Shown here: positions 1-12,120 of the stretch, one piece after another
Position numbering within the stretch: the stretch's first letter is position 1
How the letters are laid out: the number at the start of each line of letters is the position of its first letter
Assembly (NCBI RefSeq): GCF_964204645.1
Contig: NC_134036.1
Coordinates: 6,292,600-6,356,599 of the forward strand
Direction: 5' to 3'
Length of the DNA stretch: 64,000 bases
Source: Tubulanus polymorphus
Taxonomy: Eukaryota; Animalia; Nemertea
The notes under the pieces: generated by a model
Told to the model about the DNA's origin: nothing
Database searches by the model: none
Seen by the model: only the letters and a program-made list of their open reading frames with translations
Position numbers and translations under genes: made by a program

Positions 1-330
1 TATGTTTACCCTGTGTAACATTGATTTCGGTGATGAATATCATTATCTTCATTGCGTAATCATTCTAAATATAGTTATTATATGTAAGAATGCATCATAT
101 CCCCCAATATATTTCGGCCGATCCAAATCCACCAGGTTCAGAGCTCTGATGCAACTAAGATGGTGATGTAATAAGAGATTTGCGTATGTTTTATCAACGG
201 TTACTTAATTACGCAATGTGCCATTTTTCTAAATTGTTTCTTTGTAAATGTATTACGCTCTAATTGTCATATTATGTCAATGACCTGAGTTGATCGGAAA
301 TATAGTATTATAGATATAGTATAGAGTGCG

Positions 331-638
331 TACGGAAGTATCCTGGGGACATATCTATAAAAAAAGAAATTCGAGGTTATTTCCGAGTTTGCGACTCGGA
401 ATAAACTCGGAATAAACTAATTTTCTCAGTTAAAAGTGATTTTCTAGGTTAATTCCGAGTTATTGATTTGGAACTAGTTTTTTCTCAGTTAAATGTGCTG
501 TTTGGAGGTTGGAATTTCCAACCAAAAACCTCCAAAACTAGTTAAATTAGTTTAGAGAAAACTAGTTAATTCCGAGTTACACACTGTGAATTATCCTCGA
601 CATTTTTTTCATAGATAAGTTCCCAGGACGCTTCCGTA
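331..638. mobile_element. MITE with ~50-bp imperfect terminal inverted repeats
   Basis: Left end TACGGAAGTATCCTGGGGACATATCTATAAAAAAA; reverse complement of right end TACGGAAGCGTCCTGGGAACTTATCTATGAAAAAAA. The interior has short repeated TTCCGAGTT/AACTAGTT motifs and no ORF. Confidence 0.7.
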
Positions 639-733
639 AGTACGTATTTTTACACGATAACTTAAGTTCACTTGGCTGTTTAACCTGCTTCGAATAATTC
701 AGTTGAATTTAAGTTTTTAATCATATTTTTCAG

Positions 734-853
734 ATGAAGCCTTTTCGCGATTCCTCGGGACCTGGTTGCTACCAGTACGTGGTCCCTAAATCGACAATTC
801 GACCGATGACTCGAGATCTTTCGAAATCACAGTGTGAAGCTTAATGTATCAGG
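734..853 (+). other. Exon-like module (acceptor and donor), member of a dispersed local family
   Basis: TTTTTCAG|AT at 726-735 and G|GTGAGTAGAGATTT at 853. It shares the donor context and a TTTCGAAAT motif with minus-strand modules at 31229-31363, 37260-37389 and 50043-50160. Confidence 0.35.
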
Positions 854-1964
854 GTGAGTAGAGATTTCAACTCCTTTTCTAGACGTTAAACTAATTAGTT
901 AGGCCGAAAATTGGCTGAAATATGTTCTCAAACCGTTTGTAGCGAAATACCGGATGTAACTAAAGCGGGAAACAGGTCTGATCTAAGATATGGTTGTTTT
1001 TCTTTTGTCGCATCCGACCTTCCGCTTGCAATATTGTAAAAAAAAAATAGAAAGTAGCTCAATAAAAGTAGAAATAAAAGTAGCTGATTAGGTTTAGGAA
1101 ACCTGTACGATCAGTTCCTTCCTTTTAAGAGAAAGGTATTTGGCGTCGGATATTGTACCGAAAATCACGGATTGATACACTGCATATTTGTTTTTAGTAG
1201 GGCTTTTATACATATAAACCATATTTGATTGACACGTGGGGCGGGCCTTGCGATCTGCCGATGACGTCAGATGTAAATAATAATATAACCACGTTCATCG
1301 CTAAACGTGACAACACATTTTTTTCGCGCCAAAACCTTTTTGAATTTTATAAGTAAAAATTGGCCTTTTGTCCGATGACTTTTTCCAACTGAAGCCAGCG
1401 ATGCCATTAGATTGTACATGGTACGAAATCATTCAAGTATTCGCATTTTATAGACATTGAAATTATACAATGAGTATACAAATTTCAATATTTCAAATTT
1501 CACTTGAGAAAAATTATTTCTAAATAATTGTTGGCCAAGGGCCGTATTGAAATGTGTATGTTCATTGTTCTAAGATATTTCTTCGAATGCAGTGACGATT
1601 TGATGCAATTTTGATTCAGCCAGCGGTGCTCCTCGTGTCCATTGAACCGCATTAAGAATGAACCTGTTCATTATTGTGTCATGTTATTGTCCTCGGTTCT
1701 TGAAATCATGAAATAATTCGAAAAAAATATGGTCACCTATGATCGTAGATGTATGCACGAACTGTTGGTCACATGTCAGAATGACGCGTTCTACATAGGC
1801 CCCGTACGCCATCGAAGATATTGAAATTACGTATGATATAAATCGATATTCAGAAATCATGAAAAGCGACAGCTCGTTAAATATCATGATCACCCAAAAG
1901 TCCGAAGGGCAGACGACGTACTTCACGTTATTGAATTTTGATGATATAACGATTTTAAATGCCA

Positions 1965-2146
1965 GGTGCGTATCGATTAAGCTTAACAAAACACCGATAT
2001 CGATTTCACTCGATATCAAGCTGTGCAATCGTTGGTATGATGTACGAGCTATTTAACGCGGCGCGTTTTACCCATTCGTCGACCGTTCCTGCTCTCGACG
2101 AAACCGAGATATTTTCATATCGAAAGTTGAATACGTTAGAAGAAAG
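1965..2146 (+). promoter_or_regulatory. Conserved proximal promoter and non-coding exon 1 of knottin gene 1
   Basis: Block GGTGCGTATCGATT...CACCGATATC...CGATATC..GCTGTGCAATC aligns with 26893-27000 and 35168-35280. TATTTAA at 2050, Inr-like CCATTC at 2072, splice donor AAG|GTAAGC at 2146/2147. Confidence 0.65.
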
Positions 2147-2536
2147 GTAAGCCCGGCGTTGGAATATTCAATATTATTTAGCAATCAAACCTTCATTTCA
2201 TTGTCAATGTAAGGTTTCGAAAAAAACCAGAGATAGAAACCTGTAACCGTGTTTCCGCGATGCCAAACGCCATAGCGATGTGGCCGTCTCGCACTTGGGA
2301 CCAGAAAAAAACACTCGCATTCTGACTGCGAAATATACAGCGGATGATATTTTATCGACTTCAAATTAATCTATCTTTACGGACAAATATTAGATATGCA
2401 TATTTTCATTACTTCCACAATCATAATTTATCGAACTGATGGGACTAATTTGATGAAACTTCGTTCCCAGTTGTTTATTTTTATTACGAAATTTCCATTA
2501 TACTAACTTATCTATATCGAAATCTAGGCGCTGAAA

Positions 2537-3214
<678 letters not shown>

Positions 3215-3549
3215 TCGTTGCTAACGAGGGTTTTGTAATTGGATTTACTTGTGTTGGTTTGGGAAAATATCCGATTATGAAACTGAACAACAGCCCGGTT
3301 ACTGACTGACTCTGAAACATCTCGAATTGAATTCATATTTGAACCTCAGTCGTCAATTGTCGTGTTATAATTAGATTCAATAAAACTGAGAGTAAATAAA
3401 TCAAACATCGAGTCGTTCACTGTTTATGACTCCAGGTTACTGATTTTCGAAGTGACCTATCGATAAGGGGCAAGAAACGTCAAATCTGATTTTTGCGTTT
3501 TACTCTTAACTGATCCCGCGCGACGTCGCAATAAGTATTTCACCACGAG

Positions 3550-3852
3550 GTCCCGTATTGTTGGACAGCTTTAAACACTTTTTACATTAAAACCTTTAGC
3601 ACGATTAGTTGTCGTTCATTCCCCCTTTTGCCACAAGTTTAGTTCATTTCTCTCAGCCGCAGTTGTAAAAATATACGTCACTTTTAGCAAGATTGGCATA
3701 TTTTATGTCATTGGTTGTATTTTTGGCGTGATTTGAGATACTACAATATACAACTTTTCTCGTTTTATTAGATTACTATACGCAAATTCGAAATGGTCAG
3801 GCGCTGAGTTATATTTCTGACAGAATTGAAAATTACGTTTATAAGCTGTTGT
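3550..3852. mobile_element. Degenerate arm of the long-TIR MITE family also seen at 39522 and 44653
   Basis: GTCCCGTATTGTTGGACAG...TTGTCGTTCATTCC..CTTTTG...AAAATATACGTCACTTTTAG matches 39571-39745. Confidence 0.55.
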
Positions 3853-3912
3853 TAGTCGAATCTGAGAGGAGTTACATTTTATGAAAAATGTTCGGATGGA
3901 AAGTGGAAAATT

Positions 3913-3960
<48 letters not shown>

Positions 3961-4051
3961 GATAATGATAATGATAATGATAATGATAATGATAATGATA
4001 ATGATAATGATAATGATAATGATAATGATAATGATAATGATAATGATAATG

Positions 4052-4083
<32 letters not shown>

Positions 4084-4200
4084 GATAATGATGATAATGA
4101 TGATAATGATGATAATGATAATGATAATGATAATAATGATAATGATAATAATGATAATAATGATAATAATAATGATAATAATAATAATAATAATAATAAT
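3913..4200. repeat. (ATA)n/(ATGATA)n microsatellite
   Basis: Direct reading; source of the poly-I and poly-MI ORFs. Confidence 0.97.
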
Positions 4201-4833
4201 CAACAGAATTACAAGAAGGTTTCTGCGAAAGCAGCAGAAAACCTAATAAAACTTGTTTTGGTGTGTGGCATCGTCTTGGTGAGAGCCCTTGGTGAGAGAA
4301 AATGGGAGCGCGTTATCAGAAGATAATGGCATGTAGTTCTCTAGGATCGCTATGTAAAGCTGGGGTCACTCAGTCCTGGAAGTGGTTGTCTCGACAGAGA
4401 TCTTACGACCTTAGTGTAACCAACTGTGGTATATCAGACACTAAGCCAAGTTTGTTTTCACAAAGACTTGAGATGACTTCAATTCGATTGGATAATTGGA
4501 ATTTATCAACTAATCGAAATAGAAGAAAATGAAAAATGAAATGAAACAGTTTTTGGTGTAACCATACTGTGGTGCATCAGACAATAAGGTGAAAGGTGAA
4601 AATCTGGCATGTTGCGAGGACGCCACACGCTCAACTGCTAGTGCAGTTTAACAAAAAAACTCCGCTGGAGCCCAATTCGAAAATATTAAGTCGTTGAAAT
4701 AATTCTGATATTCTTGCTGCACAACCTATTCTGATATTCAATGATATTGGCTTTCACCACACTGTGACGTCACAGTGTTTTGTCCGAATGTGAATAGTCG
4801 GCGATTAAGTGTGAATGTTTACCGGCTACAATC

Positions 4834-5063
4834 GGGCGGACCGGATGGCTTAGTCGGTCGGCGACTAGCGTGTCACCGCTGTGGCCCAGGTTCGAGTCTC
4901 GGAGGAGGCGGGTCAGGATGTGGCAATTGATCTCCGGTAAGCGGGCGAGTCGAGAGTGCTGTCCTCCCTGGAATGAGGTTGCTAATGCGTGAGTCCTACA
5001 AAATAACTGGTGTGGGGTAAATTATGTTTAATTCAGTCGTTTCTGGCTGAATTATTTATTTAT
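4834..5063 (+). mobile_element. tRNA-derived SINE-like element inside left arm
   Basis: A-box TGGCTTAGTCGG (4846-4857), B-box GGTTCGAGTCT (4889-4899), (ATTT)n tail at 5051-5063. Confidence 0.6.
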
Positions 5064-6584
5064 CCCACAATACCGGTCCAGGTTGCGGAGTAATTCCACC
5101 AGGGGCCTTCGACTTTTTTACTATATTAGTTTGATATTTCAAGTTGACTGGTGAGGGTTTGGGAAATTTTTTATTTTTGTTTAATTCCTCAAGAAATCGA
5201 AAAAATCCCAGCGAGAATTCCGTAGATATTTTGTTAGTAATGCAGCTATCAATCTCCAGGTAAATTGACAAAACTTCAATGATTTTTTAAACTTCACCAG
5301 CTTCCAGTCAGAGTAGACGTGTACGCGGCGATGTCTGGTGAACGTGTGCATAAAATCGGCCTCGAAACGACAATCCAATAGAGAATCACTCACCGGAGAC
5401 CTGCCACACGCTCTACTACACAAAAGTGCCGCGTGACTGGACAAACTTTTAAGCAAACATCAATATTCCTGAAGCAAAACTCGAAAATAGTAAAATTGAG
5501 CCGGAATTATAGTTCAAAACGAGACGTAAATAGAAGGGAAATCTACAATAAAGTTTGTTGGATAGTTTAGATAAAACTGCAGTATGCAATTTTAGGCTAA
5601 AATCCTAGTATTCCACATTCTATCTTCAACAATGTGTGTCTCTATGAATAGTCGAATTAAACTCGATGACCTATAATACCTATAGGAAATGTTTGGCACG
5701 AATTGAATGGTTCTCGAGGATAAGCGTCGCGTACTCGGGTCTGCCACAGGAATGCGCGATCGAGCCTTCTGATTGATCCATTCCGGTCGCCTCGATGATG
5801 CACCGTCGCTGATTGGTCGACGTATGTATTAAAAGGGCGGTTCGAGCCTCCCTGTGCCAGTCCGAGAACTGATGCCCAGTGATGAAGGTCAACCTATAAA
5901 AGCTCTGCAACAAGGTGTGAAGAACAACTGACGATGGAGAGGAGACTGCTGTTGCTGCTACTGATGTCGGATTACAACTTCAAACGGATGACGGCTAACC
6001 CAGAGGGTATTTGCTGATAAGGGCGAGTTCGCTGTTGTTGATTTCCGGTGTTCAATTTCTAGTCTACACACACATTTTGAAAAGGTTAGAAAGTTCATGG
6101 AATGGAATGTTTTAGTTATGAATCGACCGTATCGATAATTATCGCGTTTTCTTTATGGTTTTGATGTTGAACCCAAACTTTTTTTAACATTTGGCTTAAC
6201 TTTTCAAATCGCTTTTGGTTTTGTCTTTGATTTATTTCTGGAATTTCTTGGATTATTCGCACTTTTACACATTTTGTCTCTTTAGGATTTTTTAACCTAC
6301 ACCAGTCCGTTACTTCAACAACTATGTGTACACAGCTTGTTTGCCGCAACATCCAGAACCTGCTGCTGCTGCTACCACATTGATAATTGCACCAACCCAC
6401 AGTTTGCTGTTACGTACCGCATTGACCCTTCTAGAACCAAGCCAACCTGTTTACAACCGTCCAACTTTGATAGATTAGGTAACTTTATCAACATATAATT
6501 TGGATATTCAATGATCGTTTTCATAAGCTGACTTAATCTTTATTTTTATCTTTTGTTTTTTAGACTATACTCCCAATCCAAACC

Positions 6585-6935
6585 GAGACGCAGACTCTTC
6601 TCAGACTACAGCACCATCCTCAAAGCTCGAGATACTGACTCAGCACCATCTTAAAACCTCGAGACGCAGACTCTACTCCGACTACAGCAACATCTTAAAA
6701 CCTCGAGACGCAGACTCTACTCCGACTACAGCACCATCTTCAAACCTCGAGTCGCAGACTCTACTCCGACCACAGCAATATCTTAAAACCTCGAGACGCA
6801 GACTCTACTCCGACCACAGCAATATCCTAAAACCTCGAGACGCAGACTCTACTCCGACTACAGCAATATCCTAAAACCTCGAGACGCAGACTCTACTCCG
6901 ACTACAGCAACATCTTCAAACCTCGAGACGCAGAC
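6585..6935 (+). repeat. 44-bp minisatellite (~8 units), left arm
   Basis: Unit CCTCGAGACGCAGACTCTACTCCGACTACAGCAACATCTTAAAA with 44-bp period (6657, 6701, ...). Confidence 0.92.
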
Positions 6936-7509
6936 GTTAATTCGTTTTGCCGCATGTTATAAAGTAACGTAAATAAATAAACGTACATCTACATAAAATG
7001 CTCGTCTCTACTAAAAATCTTTGTCTCGGGCACTTTGCCCCGGAAAGGACTCTTCCCCCTCACAACTTCACACTCTACCCCAGAAAGACAACTATTCCAA
7101 GGAAAGGACTCTTCCACTCGGCCTCGGAAAGGACTCGCTCGGAAAAGAACTCTTCCGCTTGCAACTTCTCACATTCAAGGAAAGGACAAAGTCAAAACGG
7201 AAAGTACAAATTATTCAGAATTACATTTTTTATTCCAAATTCAAAGTAGGAATTTCTTACAGCTTGTTTGCAAAAGTAAAATTCAACATTTTATTGAATC
7301 ATCAATAAAATTATGGGATTTGAACCACCTAGCTAGCTAGCTAGCTAGCAGCCCAGCACCCTACCGACTACGCTATAGCGGCACATATACAACCTGCAGG
7401 GGAAGTCATATTTATCCATTGCTTAAGCACATTTTATCAAAAAAAATAATGCCATCTACCGGGAGAGACAGGAACTATTTCCTCAACCCGGTAGATTGAA
7501 GCAATCTGG

Positions 7510-7802
7510 AAGTGAGCGAGACAGAGAGTGAGAAGAATAAGAGAGGGGGGAGAAGGGAGGAGAATGAGAAGAGCGGAGAATGAGAAGAGAGAAGGAGAAC
7601 GAGACAGACAGCGGGAACATGAGACAGAGAGCGGGGAGGATGAGAGATGAAAATAAGAGAGGGATGAGAGGAGGATGAGAATGAGAGAGGGGGAGAGGAG
7701 AACGAGAAGGGGAGAGGAGAACGAGAATGCGAGAGGATGAGAGAGGGAGCGGGAGAATGAGAGAGAGTGAGAAGAAAGAAGACAATGAGATAGAGAGAGA
7801 TA
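7510..7802. repeat. Degenerate GA-rich polypurine tract (shorter mirror CT tract at ~22495-22705)
   Basis: Direct reading; source of the S/L/P-rich spurious ORFs. Confidence 0.9.
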
Positions 7803-8167
7803 GGATGGCATATCACCTAAACTTCTATGTTCCTTGTTGTTTTCTATCCGTCAGATTCTAGGTGCCGGGAGCAGTTTTACATTTTTCAGTTTTCAGTTCA
7901 AACACGTATTCATCCCATCAGCAGCAACGTCACACATTTAGTCCTCGTGGACATAAGATTTCACTGTATCTGAAGTCGAGTTCGTTTGTTTGTTTATCCT
8001 CTCTGCCCACACATATTTATGCAGTTCATCTGATGTAGTCCTGATCAACAAACACAAACAAACGTCAATAGTTCCACCGTGTACGAACGTCCTAAAAATA
8101 TACATGAAACTTAATAGAATGATTTGAGGCCACCTATCAAACATACACAGTAAGAGTTAAGTCTAGT

Positions 8168-8860
8168 TACCGGTGTATCAGAGAAATGGCAATCTTAGGT
8201 AACCCCTAAAATGTGGGTTAAGGGTCAAGTATTTTTTATCTCCGATTTCGATGAAATTCAGTGTCGACATGTATTTTGATGTGCTAATCACAAATCCGAA
8301 AGAATTTTTCGGATCCAGGGCCCCAAAAATGAGAAATTTGAATTTTTAGGGGGACCCCTAAATTTTCAAAAGGCCTTGGACCCCAGAGTTTTTTAGATAT
8401 TCAAAATCTGATTGCATATTTAGAATCAGCACCCCTAAAAATAGTAAGGGCTAAAATTTCAAGCAAATCGAAGAGATTCGATTTTTTGGCCAAAAATGGC
8501 AAAAATCTAAGTCCAGGAGTTTTTTTCGGCGAAAAGTTTTTTTTCTCTGATTCCTTCGAAGCTTGGCAGGAAGATGTATTTTGGCGTGTAGAATACGGAT
8601 CTGCAATCAGATATCAAATCGGAGTTCATCTTCATGGCCAAATTAGAGTTTAATTGGCCAAAAAATGCACCCCAAAAATGGGGTACAAAGTCAAAAATTT
8701 GTTCACTCTATTTGAATAAAATTTGGTACAGATATGTTTTTTGGGGTGCTGATCACGAATATCAAGTTAGTTTCTGGATCAAAAAGCCCCTAAAATGAAA
8801 TATTCAGGATTTCATGTTTTGACCCCTAATTTTTGTCACTAATTTTGATGAAATACGATT
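8168..8860. mobile_element. DNA-transposon-like remnant with internal TTTTGGGGTGCTGAT-type subrepeats (mirror ~21460-22139)
   Basis: Starts TACCGGTGTATCAGAGAAA, resembling a Tc1/mariner TA+TIR start. It contains repeated GGGGTGCTGATCACGAAT / GGGGTGCTGATTCTAAAT motifs; the second TIR was not found within the arm. Confidence 0.3.
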
Positions 8861-10489
8861 TTTTATTTAACCCGTAAATGGCACTGACCAAACGTACAAT
8901 GGAGAAGAAGAGCTAATTTGCATAAACAATGGAGGCAGAGAGAGAGGAAGAGGAAAAGCGAGGGAGAGAGACAAGAGAGAGACAAGAGAGGTGAGTGAGA
9001 ACCTTCATCATATTTCTCGACAATCGCATTCTATTTTAGAAATGATTAATTTTTGAATAGCCCGGAAACACGACACAGTGAAATGCTAACGACCAGAAAC
9101 GCTAATGCGTCAAATTAATAGGTGGAATAGGTGATCGACCAAAACTGGTATCTGGCTACAGGTAATCAAATACAGTATTATCAAATAAGCTATGATGAAG
9201 GTCCAATGTTAACACACTCAATACAATAAGGAGAAGAATATATTCACCTGGCTGTTTGACTAAATCCGAATTAGGTGCCGAAAATCTTCCAATGTTGTTG
9301 TAAATCCATTAATGCTTTTAGGTTTTAGTTCATAGTCCAAACACATTTTTCATTTAATCTGTTGACAGCATCGCGAAACTATTTAAGTCGATGGTATGGT
9401 GAATCCTCGAGATAGAGTTTTTAACGCTATGATGCATTCCTTTGTTCACTGAGTGCTCCGTGAATGTTATGTCATGATAGGTCGTTGAGCGTGAAACTGC
9501 TGGTGAATTCGCGCTAAGAATTCGCCGTTTCAAAGCTCCGTGTAGAGGCGAAATCGATGAAATATCCAAGATGTCGAAGATAAACAGGATCGAGTCCACC
9601 ATGGATTATGAAATTCAAAACAAAGGAAAACAAAACTACAATTGTATTTACATACATCTAAACGGTGCCAGTGACAATCAAACTTTGCAGTAAGCAGGGC
9701 GCAGTTTAACAGTTGTGGCTCAAGTTAAAAAGGTTTTGGAATTTGGAAAGTTGGTAGATTGGTTTTTTCCGGATTATTTACTGTGCTTACCTATTACATC
9801 CTTTTAAACACTTTGCTGAAATCAAAGTAATTTTCAGCACCTTCAAAAGCATTTCCATTTTGAAGGAGTTTTTAAGGTAGGACAATGTCAAATCAACGAA
9901 CCGAAACTAAAACGAACTTGGATAGAACTCTTTCGAGATCAATATATAAAACACTTAAGATCGACGAGTTGATATCGACGCCATTGGGTTCGAGTCCCGA
10001 TTATTCCAGCGGTTCAGAGGTTTTATGGTGTAATGTAAATTTCGACAAATAATGCAACTAGGATATCGGCAAATAATGCAACTAGACCTTAGATTTTTTT
10101 TCACTAAGCCGAAATATTGAAAAGCAATGGAATACAACAGTTAGATTGACGAGTAGGCGCCATAACGACATGATGCATGATACAAGATAATTTGGGTTCG
10201 AGTCCCAATTATTCCAGCAGCAAAGTGGTTTTAATGTGAAATTGAAATTTCGGCTAATATAAGACCAGAGCTTCAATTACTTACTGAAAACTACGGAATA
10301 TTTTATACAGTCGTTTCGAAGTTTACGCCCGTTTTTTTATCCCCATGAATTCCTTATGAACAAATTTTGAATAGCGGCACATTATTAGGATTATCGTATT
10401 CTAACTAATTATATAGATTCAAACCAAAAAATAAATCAAATTTAACACAAGAACTAATTTTAAATTATGAATAATAAATAATTAATTTG

Positions 10490-12120
10490 AGTTTAAATTA
10501 ATACTAATTTCAAAGGTTCAAAGCACAGACAATGAGTTTAATTGAAGGAAATGATTAATTTCAAAGGGTCAAAGCCTAAACAATAAGTTAAATTAAAGAA
10601 ATAACTTATTACATAGATTGCAAGCCTAAACAATGGGTTTAGTTCAAAATAAAAACTAATTTTGTAGATGAATTGAAGAAAAAAATTAATTTCAAAGATT
10701 CCAAGCGAAAACAATAAGCTTAATTGAAGACAATAACTTATTTCATAAATTGCAAGCCTAAACAATGGGCTTAATTAAACTAATTCCAAACATTTTAAGC
10801 GAAAACAACGAGTTTAATTAAACACAAAAACTAATTTCAAAGATGCAAAGCCTAAACGATGAGCTTAATTGAACACAATAACTAATTCCAAACCCTCAAA
10901 GCCTTAACAATGAGTTTAATTGAAGAAAATAACTTATTTTTAAATTCAAAGCTGAAACAATGAAGACAATGACTCATTTCAAAGATTCCAAGCCTAAACA
11001 AAGAGCTTAATAGAAGGCAATAATTTACTTCATACATTCATTGATGGCAATAACTAATTTCAAGGATTCCAAGCCTAAATAAAGAGCTTAATTGAAGACA
11101 ATTACTAATTTCAAAGATTCAAAGCCCATACAATGAGTTTAATTGAAGACAATAACTAATTAAATAGATTCATAGGACAAAAATGAGTTCAATTTGAGTT
11201 TGAATTAAGGCAATAACTTATTTCATAGATTCAAAGCTTAAACAATGAGTTGAGTTAAAGACAATGACTAATTTCATAGATTCAAAGCCTAATCAAAGAG
11301 TTTAATTGAAGGCAATAACTAATTTCAAACATTTTAAGCCTAAACAATGAGTTTAATTGAAGGAAATAACTAATTTCAAAGATTCAAAGCCCAAACAATG
11401 AGTTTGATTAAAGACAATAACTTATTTCATAAATTCAAAAACAAAAGAATGATTTAAATTGAAGACAATAACTAATTCAAAAGATTCAAAGCCTGAACAA
11501 TTAGTGTAATTGAAGACAATAACTAATTTCATACATTCAAAGCCTAAACAAGGAGTTTAATTGAAGGCAATAACTAATTTCAAACATTTTAGGCATAAAA
11601 AATGAGTTTAATTGAAGGAAATAACTAATTTCAAAGATTCAAAGCCCAAACAATGAGTTTGATTAAAGACAATAACTTATTTCATAAATTCAAAAACAAA
11701 AGAATGATTTAAATTGAAGACAATAACTAATTCAAAAGATTCAAAGCCTGAACAATTAGTGTTATTGAAGACAATAACTAATTTCATACATTCAAAGCCT
11801 AAACAAGGAGTTTAATTGAAGGCAATAACTAATTTCAAACATTTTAGGCATAAAAAATGAGTTTAATTGATGACAACAACTAATTTCAAACATTTTAAGC
11901 CTAAACAATGAGGTTAATTGAAGACGATAACTAATTTCAAAGATTCAAAGCCCAAACAATGAGTTTAATTGAAGGAAATAACTTACTTCATTAATTCAAA
12001 GCCAAAAGAATTAGTTAAATTGAAGACAATAACTAATTCGAAAGATTCAAAGTCTGAACATCAGGTTCAATTGAAGACATTTACTTTTTTAATAGATTCA
12101 AAGCCCAGACAATGAGTTCT
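10490..12120 (+). repeat. 51-bp AT-rich satellite array, left arm (~1.6 kb), with a 255-bp higher-order duplication
   Basis: Consensus-like TTCAAAGATTCAAAGCCTAAACAATGAGTTTAATTGAAGACAATAACTAAT. AACTAATTT recurs at 11521 and 11572; the variant AAATTCAAAAACAAAAGAATG recurs at 11431 and 11686. Confidence 0.95.

Noticed and set aside
4771-4810. True RAG recombination signal sequence
   Set aside because: The heptamer is present but there is no ACAAAAACC-like nonamer at 12- or 23-bp spacing.
6585-6935. 44-bp and 51-bp arrays as CRISPR arrays
   Set aside because: They are head-to-tail tandem repeats without unique spacers, in a eukaryotic context with no cas genes.
5894-6980. TATAAAA, ATG-Leu-rich stretch, splice-like sites and AATAAA inside the arm as a cargo gene
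   Set aside because: The putative donor at ~6007 is GC in the mirror arm, the 44-bp repeat is not a multiple of three, and no coherent ORF could be built.
5056-7340. Paired ORFs repeated at 22898-25176
   Set aside because: Their similarity simply reflects the inverted arms. There are no recognisable domains, and indels between arms break the frames.
9980-10220. Two GGGTTCGAGTCCC B-box motifs (and GGTTCGAATCC at ~48796) as tRNA genes
   Set aside because: No A-box at proper spacing or foldable cloverleaf; at most decayed SINE/tRNA relics.
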